Shown: positions 50,719 to 63,263 of the stretch, piece by piece
Position numbering within the stretch: the first letter of the stretch is position 1
Layout: every line of letters begins with the position of its first letter
Assembly (NCBI RefSeq): GCF_006345805.1
Contig: NC_043025.1
Coordinates: forward strand, 1,922,001 to 1,986,000
Direction: 5' to 3'
DNA: 64,000 bases
DNA from: Octopus sinensis
Taxonomy: Eukaryota
Made by a program: the position numbers and the translations under genes
Notes under the pieces: model-generated
What the model was told of the DNA's origin: nothing
What the model saw: the letters and a program-made list of their open reading frames with translations, nothing else
The model's database searches: none

Positions 50719-52495
50719 TTAGTATTCCTGGCCCAGGGTGTTTAAACTTGGTCTAAATTTTTTTATGAAATATAGTTCTTTATTTTGGCGTTGTGTGAAG
50801 GTTGCGTTGTCACTGAATTTATAGAGCGGGTTAGTTGTAAATTTCGGATTTACATTTCCAGCACATCTATCTATGTGTCCGCTGACCGGTATTTTGCGGT
50901 AATCAGGGTTTCTAATTTGTGATTTATGCACCGCCATCCTGTTACGTAAGCTATTTTTTGTATGGCCTATATACTGCCTATTGCAGCCTGCGCATGTTAT
51001 GACGTAAATTAAGTTTTCTGATGCGCAGGTGAAGTTTGTTCTAATGGTGAACTGGTGGCCTTGTTCCAGTATAAATTCTGATCCTTCTTTCAAGATGACA
51101 CAGATTCCGCAGTTGGGCCTTCCACATTTTCTAACTGCTGGTTTTGTGGTTGATGTTGAGTGCAGTGTAGCTTGGGTTAAAATCCTTTTCAAGGATTTTG
51201 GTTGCCGTTTACTTTTAATGATGGTGTGTGTTTCGAGGATCCGGTTCATCTTTGGGTCTCCCTTTAGTAGGGCTGTGCTTTGTAGTATGGTGTTGAAGGC
51301 CTCATTGTTGAGTGGGTTGTGTGTAGAGATGTAGGGAAGGGTTTTTAATTGTTCTTTCTTTTTTGGTTTTGTTTGTCTCAGGTCTTCTATACTTAATTTA
51401 AGTACCCGTTGGATTGCACTGTCTATTAGGGGCTGTGGATAGTTTCTATTTGTGAGTGTGGTTCTAAGTTCCTGGAGACGTGTGTGTCGGGTGTTTGTGT
51501 CTGATATTATGGTGCAAATCCTTCTAGCTAAACAAAAAGGGACATTCATTCTAGTGTGTCGTGGGTGGCATGAATCAAAGGGTAGGTACTGTTTAGAGTC
51601 TGTCGGTTTATAGTAGATATCTGTCTCTATTTTGTTGCCGGTTATCTTAATGAGGATGTCTAAAAATGGTAATTCTTTTTCGTTGTGGTCCATCGTGAAT
51701 TGTATATTGTCATTTATTCCATTTAATAGAATTTTAAATTCCTCAAGTTTCTCTATGCCTTTGTCCCAGATGATGAAACAGTCATCGAGGTATCTTTTCC
51801 AGTTGTTATGGATATAGGTGGCGAAGGTGTTTCCGTATTTCTCGAGTGTCATCCGGTATAGTATTTTCTCGAGGTATCCCATCACTAGGTTGGCAAAAGA
51901 TGGTGCAGTACGCGTGCCCATCGCTGTTCCCGATCTTTGCCTGTAGAAATCATTGTCAAAAATAAAATAATTGTTCTCTAAAATGAATCTAAGTCCTTCT
52001 ATTATAAGGTCTTTGTTTATGCGAGTTGGGAGTTCAAAGGAGTAGTTATTCAGCCAGAAGGTGATTGCTTCTATTCCTAGGTTGTGAGGGATGTTAGAAT
52101 AAAGATTAACTACGTCGAATGATACTAGAAGGGTTTTCTCATTGACTGTTTTAGGGAGGTGGTTGAGCATATCTATATCGTCTCTTACGTAGCTTTTGAT
52201 GTGTTTTAGGAAAGGTTTAAGAAGTGTGTCTAAGAAATTGCTGAGGCGGTGAGTTTCACATGCTGGCCCTGCTATTATCGGTCTTAGTTTAAGATCATTT
52301 GGTGAAGGGATTTTGATGAGTGTGTCGGTGGATGTTTTGCACGTTTCTCTAATGGTTTGGCTTTTGTGTACCTTAGGGATACCATAGAACAAACTCGATT
52401 TGCATTTGAAGTTAGTGATGTATTCATACTCCTTGTTCGTGAGTCCTTCTTGGTATGTGTTGATTAATGTCCTAAGGTTATGCATTATTTGGTGG
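50719..52495 (-). CDS. Penelope-like element polyprotein: reverse transcriptase, zinc linker and GIY-YIG endonuclease; open frame, 5'-truncated
   Basis: LRPIIAG, SFDVVNLYSNIP, GTAMGTRTAPSFANL, RYLDDCF, LPFLDILI, DIYYKPT, CGRPNCGIC, NLIYVITC..C..QYIGHT, RNRMAVH, FRPSLN. No stops over ~590 codons. The annotated start lies in a (TA/CA)n tract and is spurious. Confidence 0.95.
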
Positions 52496-52497
52496 TG

Positions 52498-52529
<32 letters not shown>

Positions 52530-52726
52530 TACATACACACACACACATATATATGTATATGTGTATATATAATACACATTATATGTGTGTGTAAGCGTTT
52601 AAATACACATGTTTATGAGTATATATATATATATGTATATATATATATAGTGTATATATAAATATATATGTATATATATATATATATGTGTATATATAAA
52701 TATATATGTATATATATATGTGTGTT

Positions 52727-52787
<61 letters not shown>

Positions 52788-52925
52788 ATATATATGTGTA
52801 TATATATATGTATATATATATGTGTATATATATGTATATATATGAGTATATGTATATATACGTGCATATATATGTATGTATATATATATATGTATATATA
52901 CATAAGTGCGCAAATACACACACAC
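52496..52925. repeat. (TA)n/(CA)n compound microsatellite abutting the PLE 5' truncation
   Basis: Direct reading of the sequence. Confidence 0.95.
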
Positions 52926-53574
52926 ACCACTCTTCTTCTCCGTCCCACCATTCTCCCCATTCTTCTCCGTTGCCCCCCCCTTTCTCTCAGTCTCCACCCT
53001 TTCTCTTTCTCTCTCTGTTTCTCTGTAGAATTTTTTCTTTTTCCTTCTGGTTTCTTTCATTCTTCATCATTTAAACCCAAAACATCGGCTCCAACAGCAT
53101 CACCACCACGATCATCATCATCATCATCTTCATCATCATCATCACCACCATCATCAGCAGTGCCAAAGTCCTAAAAGACCCAAAGAACTGAAGACAACAA
53201 TACGTTCTTCATTCCTCCGGTGCTACTTAGCCACGTCTCAGCCACGGTTATGGCTTAACCCTGCGTTTCATACAATATCTCAGGTCTCGGAACCGAACAA
53301 AGGGCAGCTTAAAAATGGTAACGGAACCTGGTGGTGGAGGGTGAGGGCTGAGAGGTGACGGGGCTGGAAAGGCTGTGGCCGGGTGGGGTGGTGGGGTGGA
53401 GTGTGTACAACGTTGCAGGGAGGAGTTTGGTTGGGGCAATGGCGGTGGCGGTGGTGGTGGTGTTCAATTACCAATTCCATTCAACAACACCATTCCAACA
53501 GACAATGGAAAGAAACGCGACAGACAGGCCGACCAGTTAACACAGGAATGGTTTCCATCTTTACTTAATAGTTA

Positions 53575-53860
53575 GGAGGTGGTGGTGTGTGGGGTTAGTG
53601 GTGGTGGTGGGTGGTGTGGTGGTGGTGTGGTGGTGGTGGTGGTGGTGGTGTGGGTGGTGGTGGTGTGGTGGTGGTGGTGTGGTGGTGGTGGTGGTGGTGT
53701 GGTGGTGTGTGGTGGTGGTGGTGGTGGTGTGTGGTGGTGGGTGGTGGGGGGGTGTGGTGGGTGGTGGTGTGGGTGTGGTGTGGTGGGTGGTGGTTGTTGG
53801 TGGTGTGGTGGGGTGGTGTGTGGTGTGTGGTGGGTGTGTTGGTGGGTGTGGTGGTGGCAG
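53575..53860. repeat. (GGT/GT)n G-rich repeat
   Basis: Imperfect GGT run; explains the Gly/Val/Trp ORFs. Confidence 0.9.
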
Positions 53861-53914
53861 CAATGGTGACAGTACGCATGCATGCTTGTGATCGTGTACT
53901 ATGCAAAGTGGTGT

Positions 53915-54230
53915 GAGGGCGCGTGGCTTAGTGGTTAGGCATTCGGCTCATGATCGTAAGGTTGTGAGTTCGATTCCCGCCGACGCGTTGGTGTCCTTGA
54001 GCAAGACACTTTATTTCACACGTTGCTCCAGTCCACTCATCGTGGCAAAATGAGTTGTACTTGTATTCAAAGGCAGCTTGTCACTCTCTGTGTCCGCTGA
54101 TTATCCCCGAGAACTACGTTAAGGACACGTCTGTCTGGAATGCTCAGCCATTTGCACGTTAATTTCACGAGCAAGCTGTTCCGTGATCGTATCAGCTGGG
54201 ACCCTCGGTCGTAACGGCGGAGTCTTTTTT
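53915..54230 (+). mobile_element. SINE family C variant
   Basis: gtggcttagtggttagg A-box, gagttcgattccc B-box, and tail gcacgttaatttcacgagcaagctgttcc...cgtaacggcggagt. Confidence 0.82.
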
Positions 54231-54357
54231 TTAATGGCAAGTGTGTGTGTGTATGCACACACACACACACACACACACACATGTCTATGTTTCTATATTT
54301 ATGTATATATGTGTATATATATGTAAATGTAAAGATCCTATTATATATATATATATA

Positions 54358-54405
<48 letters not shown>

Positions 54406-54431
54406 ATATAAATATATATAATATATGTTAT

Positions 54432-54467
<36 letters not shown>

Positions 54468-55519
54468 GATATATATGTATATATATATATATTATATATA
54501 TATATATAATTGCGGCCCAAAATGTTCAGAACGGCATTGTTTTCGTCAGAAAAATAAGTATAAGGTTTTATGTATCAAATTTGTTTTATATTTTATAATT
54601 TTCACAGACAATAAATACGATATTAATTGTTTTGGTCTGAGATTTTGGTGTAATTTGAGAGGATAATACAAAAGTTATGGGTGATTTAGTGATTTACTGC
54701 AAAACCCATGGTCGTAGGATCGCGAACGCATTGTGACCAGCGATGTGTAACTACATCCGATGGACTGGTCGGTCACGTGATTATGTGTGATATACATATA
54801 TACATATATATACATATATACATATATATACATATATATATATTTACATATATATACATATATATATATACATATATATATACATATATACATATATATA
54901 CATATATATAGATATGCATATATACATATAGTATACATATATATAGATATGCATTTATACATATATGCATATATATACATATATATACATACATACATAT
55001 ATATATACATATATATATTCTATATATATATATATATATACACACTAAAGGGTGAAATATAATTAATTTAATAAAATTAAATAAATTTCACCTAGTAGTT
55101 TTTATCGGTATGGAAAAGACATATTTGGTAAGTTTATATTAATTATAATAAAGGGTTAATTGCCAACAAGTTGCTCAAACCACATACCAAAAAATTAGAA
55201 ATGGCAGCCAAATAGGTTACCATTTCTCCCTACTAGTAAAAAAGTCTCCACAAACAATCAGAATTTGCAACCCATATATGGCAAAGGAGAAAAGAAATAA
55301 CGAAAACATAGTCTGTTTGGATTATTATAGACGAATTCCATATATATATATATATATATATAAATATATATATATACATACATATACATATATATATATC
55401 TAATATATATATATTATATATATATAATATTATATATACATATATATACATATATATATATATACAATATATATATATATATATTATATATATTATAACA
55501 TACATATATACACACATAC

Positions 55520-55557
<38 letters not shown>

Positions 55558-55601
55558 ATAACTTATATATATATATACATATATATATATACATATATTC
55601 A

Positions 55602-55632
<31 letters not shown>

Positions 55633-55731
55633 CACATATATAGTATATAAGATATATATAAACATTAAGGATACCTCTTAAGGAATCTTAACAAGAAATT
55701 ATCAGGTAGAATTATTTTCAATTAATATGCC

Positions 55732-55826
<95 letters not shown>

Positions 55827-56237
55827 ATATATATTGTTAGTATAGATATGTATATATATATATATATATAAAAGCGGTGGTGCCCAGCATGCCACGGCCT
55901 TCGGGCTAAAACATTTTTAAGGATTTAAGGATTTTATATATATACACAGTTAATCAGAGCCGGGTGGAATCGTTCTTCTTTTCTCTTTACCTGCATGAGT
56001 TGCAGAGTATTGATATCTTATGCTAGTAGAATAGTATTTTAACTGCTATTTCTAAATTTCGGTATGTGGTGAAGCAAATTTTTGCTGAACTCTAATTATA
56101 ATTACGCTTATAATTATAGAATTTTTGTATAAATTTACCGATAATGGTTCTTTTAACATACTGAACTACTTGGTAACATAATTAATTAATTAATTAATTA
56201 ATCAATTAATGTCATCCTTTATTATTATTGATATATG

Positions 56238-56540
56238 TGGAGGCACATGGCCTAGTGGTTAGACCAGTGGACTCACGGTCGAGGGATCGCGGGTTCGAAT
56301 CTCAGACCGGGCAATGTGTGTGTTTATGAGCGAAACACAGACCCCATGCGGCTCCGGCAGAAAGTAATGGCGAACTTCTGCTGACTCTTTTGCCACAACT
56401 TTCTCTCAGTCTTACCTCCTGCATCTTGCAGCTCACTTGCGACGGACCGGCGTCCCGTCCAGGTGGGGAACCTATATGCCAATGAAACCAGGAAACCGGC
56501 CCTAATGAGCCAGGCATGGCTCAACAAGGAACAAACAACA
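56238..56540 (+). mobile_element. SINE family C-related
   Basis: ggaggcacatggcctagtggttaga A-box and ggttcgaatct B-box. Confidence 0.78.
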
Positions 56541-57026
56541 ATTATCGATATATAGATATATAGTGTTGTGTCTGGGGAGAGTCATTCACTTTTAGTACCT
56601 TATAATTTAACACACTCACCGTTAACATTTCTACTTATAAGGCACTAAAAGAGAACCACTCTTTCCAGACACAACAGAATATGCTTCAACACACAAACTC
56701 ACATAAAGAATCTTGCAAACCTAATCCCAAAACGATTATATATATATATAATATATATGTGTGTGTGTGTGTGTAGATATGATATATATATATAATATAT
56801 ATATATAACATAATAATAGGAGTAATAATAAATTATTATTCCCAGTGGCCTAGCACAAAAAAACAATTAGTCATTAGACTAATATATTATTCATATAGAA
56901 ATACAATAAGAGGCTTCCAAATAGAAAGTGTTGTGCTAGAAAGAGCATAGAAATCTCAAACCACAAAAAAGGATAAATTCACGAAAGGAATGAAAATTAA
57001 AAACGTTTACCATCTCAACAACTATT

Positions 57027-57095
57027 TCCCAGACCGACGGTTTCCAACTATTCCAGCAAAAAAGTATTTGCTGAAGGCCAGTTTCTTCAGTGGGA
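57027..57095 (-). ncRNA. Type-I hammerhead ribozyme motif, canonical core
   Basis: UCCCA-CUGAAGA-AACUG..CAGCAAA/UUUGCUG..UAGUU-G-GAAAC-C(GUC)G-GUC-UGGGA. Confidence 0.8.
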
Positions 57096-57198
57096 CAGCC
57101 TTTAGAATCCGGACATACAGACCGCTAGGTCCACTTTTCAAACCCTAACTTTTCAAACCACTGCACAGACGCAGATTGTACCCGGATTCTAAAGGCAG

Positions 57199-57267
57199 TC
57201 CCACCGAAGAAACTAGCCTTCAGCAAATACTTTTTGCTGGAAATAGTTAGAAACCGTCGGTCTGGGA
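57199..57267 (+). ncRNA. Type-I hammerhead motif, U4C core variant
   Basis: UCCCA-CCGAAGA-AACUA..UAGUU-A-GAAAC-C(GUC)G-GUC-UGGGA. Confidence 0.7.
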
Positions 57268-58076
57268 AATAGTTGAGATGGTAAACGTTTTTAATTTTCA
57301 TTCCTTTCGTGAATTTATCCTTTTTTGTGGTCTTGAGATTTCTACTGCTCTGTCTAGCACAACGCTTTCCTATTTGGAAGCCTCTTATTGTATTATATAT
57401 ATATATATATATAACAAAATCACAACAAACGGAAAATTCCTCATCAATCAACATCCAAAAAATCCTTACAATGTCGTGTCTTTAACGTTGATGTTGTTCA
57501 CTTTTGGTGGCGCCAGCGGTGAAAAGGTATTGGAGATAGCTAACGAATGTACAGGACAATGATGAAAACAAACACAACAAAATAAAACATACATATACAG
57601 CAAAAAAAGCCGTGTGATCATAAGTCCGACCGATCTGGAGAGAATGGAAATGTTTTGTGGAACTGGAGGCGAGAGGACAGACATAAATTGAGAATGAAGA
57701 GAGAATAAAAGTATTTGGGAAGGAAAGAGAGTGAGAGGAAGGCAAATGAGAGAAAGAGATAGAGACAGAAATGGACGTTGCACGAAAGAATATTCCGAAG
57801 AATATTTTACAAAAGAATGAAACAATAAATATGTAGCGTTACATAAATATATTTGAAAACTTTAACAAAACCACAACAAAAGAAATATTTTAGAAAAACA
57901 TAACAGAAAATTCGTAGTTTTTTTCTCATCAGTCAACGTCCAAAAGGTCATTACAATTACGCGCCTTTAACGTTGATATTCGTCGACTTTGGGGGCGCCA
58001 GCAGTGAAAAGCCACTACAAAGAGCTAACAAAAGTATAGGACAATGACAAACACACAAACACACACCAATGGTATG

Positions 58077-58163
<87 letters not shown>

Positions 58164-58642
58164 GATATATATTTATATATGTATATATTTATATATACCT
58201 GAAACCAATGGTAACCTCAATACACAAATATGTGTGTGTGTGTGTGTGTGTATGTATTTATTATTTAAAAATTATATGTGTGTGTTAGTGTAGTGCTTTG
58301 TTTCCTTTTCTTTAAATATATCAACACACACACACACACACACATAATCGGCACCATCGCCATTCCTTTCTAGTATATTCCCTCCAATCAATACATCTGT
58401 CCCCCACTCCACGTTCACTTTTGTTCTTGTATCGATTTTTGTTATTTAATTCTTTTTCTATTTGTATTTTCTTTTGTTTTTATCGCATATTGTTGTTTTG
58501 TTCTTCATGTTTGTTTTTATTTCATTTTATTTGCTTTCTTTATTCATCTGTTCTTCATCGAACCTCCTTTCCTTGACGGACAACAAAGCGAATATTTACG
58601 ATCGCCAAGAAAACACAGGAAAGAATTAAAAGGAGCAAAATG

Positions 58643-58674
<32 letters not shown>

Positions 58675-58686
58675 AGTGATAGGGAG

Positions 58687-58737
<51 letters not shown>

Positions 58738-58807
58738 GCACACATGTATAACATATCTGTCGAAGGAATGTAAAACTTTTATGCTATATATATATATATA
58801 TAATATA

Positions 58808-58858
58808 ACAAAACTGTCCGACGAACGGGAACGTGAAACTCCGAGTAACAGGTTTTGT
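58808..58858 (+). ncRNA. Minimal type-I hammerhead motif, U4C core variant
   Basis: acaaaa-CUGU-CCGACGA-ACG(GGAA)CGU-GAAAC-UCCGA-GUA-ACAG-guuuugu. Confidence 0.68.
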
Positions 58859-58882
58859 TGAATTTCTGCTGCTTTTAATAAA

Positions 58883-58977
<95 letters not shown>

Positions 58978-59011
58978 TAAAAACCAAACAAGGAAAGACT
59001 TAATCAATACA

Positions 59012-59160
59012 TAAAATTTTAATATAAATTAAATAAACCGCCACTACAAATGTTTCAAAATTTCCACTTCAAAATTTGATACTGATTAGAAGATCGAAAA
59101 TCCACCTGAAGACATGAAACATTTGTAGTGGCGGTTTATTTAATTTATATTAAAATTTTA
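59012..59160. repeat. Perfect 46-bp inverted repeat with a stem II-deleted hammerhead
   Basis: Arms 59012-59057 and 59115-59160; ccac-ctgaaga-cat-gaaac-attt-gta-gtgg at 59102-59131; same family as 42970. Confidence 0.85.
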
Positions 59161-59269
59161 TATATATATGTTTATATATATATTTCTATATATATATATT
59201 GTCAATAAAAAAGGGTAAAATTGTCAATAAAGCATTATTGTAGTTAAAATTGTAGTTATCGGTCGTTTT

Positions 59270-59308
<39 letters not shown>

Positions 59309-59441
59309 ATGAGAGATAATGGTGTCAGGTAATGCTGAGTAGGTGCTATGGACAGACTATAATTAAGCTCCAGGTGTGGTGATTATGTGAATGAGGAGTC
59401 CAACGTAGGTCATAGACCAGCATGTGTATATAGAAAAAAAA

Positions 59442-59822
59442 TTCAGAATGAGATAAAAATCCAAGGGTGTGAAAGATTTTAGAACGTTTATAAATAGAAG
59501 GTCTTACAGCTGTTTCTGGGATATTTTATATATCCCTTCATCGGAGACGGTGTGAGAAAATGGTATTGGAATCTTATATGTACACCATTCTGCCCAAATA
59601 ATGGATCTACAGATGCAATATCCCTGCATATCTCACGTCTATTTTAATTCCTCCACTTCACTCTCTATTTCATATCTTATCTGGAATAACTATTGCTTAA
59701 CCATTTTCTCACACCGTCTCCGATGAAAGGATATATAAAATATCCCGGAAACAGCTGTAAGACCTTCTATTTATAAATGTTCTGAAATCTTTCACAGCCT
59801 TGGATTTTTATCTCATTCTGAA
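59442..59822. repeat. Inverted repeat (~123 bp arms) with two hammerhead motifs
   Basis: Arms 59442-59564 and 59700-59822; GUCU-CCGAUGA..GGAUAU/AUAUCC..GAAAC-AGCU-GUA-AGAC at 59501-59548 (-) and 59716-59763 (+). Confidence 0.88.
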
Positions 59823-60392
59823 AATTATATATATATGTAAATGGATGAATGAATTATCCTTTGTTTACCGTTAACATGGAAAATTCGATAAACAGTTACC
59901 ATGGTTGTAAAATTCATGCAAGTAACAGGGATGAAGCGACCTATTCAAAGGTAGAAACTCCGGGTTAATGTGCAGTAATTTGTTTAGTATAAGTAAATAA
60001 ATGGAGTTGAACGCAGATGCTATTCAAATTCTTTTACTTTCGACATATGTTTCAAAGACAAAATTGGTTTTAATAATAAACGGTGTAAAATGCAATCTTC
60101 TCATCAGGAAAGAAAGAGGGGCTATCTCAACAACAAGACATTATAACAATTACGATGACTGCATAGATGATAATCAAAACATTATTAAGTAATATATATA
60201 TAAATACATATACAGACACACAAAAATGTCCCTAATTGTGACAAGGGTGTTAGGCAACACCTACATTGCTAGAAACAAGAGCTAAAGTACTCCACTGGTG
60301 CAGTTAATGCACATGAATGAAAATATATACACTAAGAGGGACTATAATATGCTTTCATTATTTTAGCTATATTAAAGCAGTTTATCTATTAT

Positions 60393-61174
60393 CTTGACAG
60401 ACTTGACTGACTTTGCTGACGACATCGCTCTTATCAGTGATTCTCTCTCCAATGCCCAGTCTCTTTTACAATCTCTTGAACAAACCTCAAATTGTGTAGG
60501 TCTTTACCTCAATGAGGCCAAAACTGAATACATAAACAAGTGCCTGTCCAACAGTGATTGCATCATCCATACTCTCAACAACGCGCCCTTCAATATGGTT
60601 TCTGATTATAAATATCTTGGGTCATACATATCATCATCTGGAAAAGACTTTCTAACTAGAAAGGGTATGGCCTGGTCAGCCTGTAATGACATGCATAAGA
60701 TCTGGTCATCAAATCTAAGTAGAGACTTCAAACTTGAAATCTTCAAAGCCACAGTCGAACCAATTCTACTATATGGCTCAGAAGCCTGGACGTTATCAAA
60801 GAAGCTTGAGAGGCGGTTGGATGGAACCTACACTCGCCTCCTTATGAGAGCTCAAAATCTCTCGTGGAAGCGCCATCCAACCAAAATGCAAATATATGGG
60901 AAACTACCACCTGCGTCATCTCCTGTGAAAGGTAGAAGAGTCCAGTTTGCTGGACATTGTTGTAGAGCTGAAAAAGAGGTAATTTCTACTCTTCTCCTCT
61001 GGAAACCATCTACTCGCGATACCAGAGGGCACACACCCTCCTACCCTGATGTAATCTCCAGGGATACAGGCATCCAGCAACAAGACCTCCGTAATGCCAT
61101 GATGGACCGTGAAGTCTGGCGTAGCATGGTAAATTCCATTGTCTCGACCACGGTCGAACAATGATCAATGATGA
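60393..61174 (+). mobile_element. RTE-type LINE, 5'-truncated, RT C-terminal ORF open (60394-61164)
   Basis: DFADDIAL, GLYLNEAKTE, YKYLGSYI, FKATVEPILLYGSEAW, RRVQFAGHC, MDREVWR; tgatcaatgatga tail; probable TSD ttatctattat (60382-60392) / ttatctaatat (61175-61185). Confidence 0.9.
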
Positions 61175-61377
61175 TTATCTAATATTTCTAGCAATGTAAG
61201 AGTTTCCTAACATGCTAGTTAGATTTAGTGTCATTTGTAATTCTCCGTTTTGGTGAAATATTCTAAATTGCTGTTTATATTAACAAGATATTTTGTTCCA
61301 TTCTAAACAAAATCTGTCCAACGAATGGGGACGTGAAACGGCTTTTGTAATGTTTTTGCAGCTTTATTAATAAAGGA

Positions 61378-61436
<59 letters not shown>

Positions 61437-61469
61437 TTGTGTGTGCGTCTGTGATGTGTGTGTGTGTGT

Positions 61470-61470
61470 A

Positions 61471-61519
<49 letters not shown>

Positions 61520-61522
61520 CTG

Positions 61523-61599
<77 letters not shown>

Positions 61600-61600
61600 C
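61470..61600. repeat. (TATC)n, (CA)n and (TA)n compound microsatellite
   Basis: Direct reading. Confidence 0.9.
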
Positions 61601-62284
61601 TTATGTAGAAAAATACAAACTGGGACAAAAACGTAAAACATTTAGAAGACGATACAAAAAATTCGAAGCCTTCAATGTTCAGTCAAGAACCGGATCATCC
61701 TCGCAATTTCGGCTGATTAATCTTGAGATCGCTCCGATCCGGCCAGCCCCAAGGAAAAACTAAGCTACGAGCATTAGATTTCTTGGAAGAAGGATCGAAT
61801 GTATACGAAACAGGGACAGAAAAACGGACGATGCCACACGGATATAAATACAAAAAAACAATAATAGTAATAACAGGACAAAAACAGCGGATGTCTTACG
61901 ACTAATAAACAGTACAACTTAGTTTAGCTGGCGTATTTGGAAAAAAATGCCTTTTTCGGCAGACGAAGACAACGATGTTCTCGTGGCGCTGGTTAGAAGC
62001 CGAAAGGCTGGTTGACCAGCGGTCACGTGAGAGGAGAAGAGAGAGAAAAAAAGGGGGCAAAGGAATCAAAGAGAGAGAGAGAGAGAGAGAGAGAAAAGGG
62101 ACGAAGGCACCAAAGCGGGGAGAAGAGAGAGAAAGAAGGAATTAAAGAGGGGAGAAGAAAGAGAGCGTGCCAAGGATTGGCTTGGCGATAGAATAAGTGA
62201 GGTGCAAAGTGAGAAAGACAGAGAAATGTGAGAGAGTGGGGGAAGAGAAGACCAAAGAATCAGAGGCAAGAAAAGAGAAAAGGA

Positions 62285-62335
<51 letters not shown>

Positions 62336-62405
62336 AGACAGATCAAAGTAGAGTGCAAAGTGTGAAAGGCAGAGAAATGTAGGAGAGAGAGACAGTGTCA
62401 TAGAG

Positions 62406-62464
<59 letters not shown>

Positions 62465-62734
62465 CATGTATATATACATATATATACACACACACGTGTG
62501 TGTGTGTGTGTATGCATCTTAAGAGGATACTTAGCGTATCCTGGGAAACAAACTACTGAATCTTGGATGGTGAAATTCTTCTCAAATAATCAGAGCGATT
62601 CTATATGAATGTATTTTTATCCAATACAGCATCTTTATTCCTTATAACAGAGATAAGCATCTCGAAATAGTCTTTCCTCTTTTAGGATTAAGACAAACAA
62701 TGTTGTTATGTGTTTTGATGCTTTTGCATACAGG

Positions 62735-62880
62735 CGCATGCGTGGCAGGGTGGTAAGAAGCTTCCTTCCAAGTCACATGGTTCCGGGTTCATCTTCTTTT
62801 TCTTTAGCCTCAAGCCAACCAAAGCCTTGTGAGTGAATTTGATAAATGGAAACTGAAAGAAGCCTGTTATACATCCATCC
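62735..62880 (+). mobile_element. SINE family A (internally deleted)
   Basis: ggcgcatgcgtggcagggtggtaagaagctt...ggttccgggttca...gaaactgaaagaagcctg. Confidence 0.7.
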
Positions 62881-63263
62881 TTCCATCTATCATCCACACA
62901 CAAACACACACACATTATGTAAAGTGAAGATCGAAGGATAAAGGTGTAGGAAGTTAGTAAACTTCAAACAGTCCATAGTAGAAGGTATAAAAAATAAAAC
63001 AACTTTCAGGAGCAATTGCGGTTTATTCATGTAGAAGGTTGTAAATTTTTGTCATATCGAAGTTTGATAAGCTGAAAAAGTTGTTTTATAGTCCACGGTT
63101 AACCGCTGGGGTTTCTATGTATGTGACTAAAAATCCAGATTTAAGGAATGGAGGAAATACAATCCAGTCTACAAATGTTTCATAGCTGGCAGAACGTCGG
63201 AAGAAGTAACTAGCCGCTAGCTACACACCGGGCCAAAGATGCCTTAGTCAAACGAAAGGCACA

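Larger units (their letters stand above)
56900..57392. repeat. Long inverted repeat (~213 bp arms) carrying two hammerheads
   Basis: 56900-57113 vs 57180-57392, near-identical reverse complements. Confidence 0.92.

Noticed and set aside
50719-52548. The full 609-aa ORF with start MCVCVC
   Set aside because: The first ~18 codons come from the microsatellite; the element is 5'-truncated and the true start is absent.
53040-53360. His-rich open frame (HHHHDHHHH...[15 protein letters not shown]) as a host exon
   Set aside because: It is built on a (CAT)n repeat common in this genome; splice sites are unconvincing and there is no recognisable domain.
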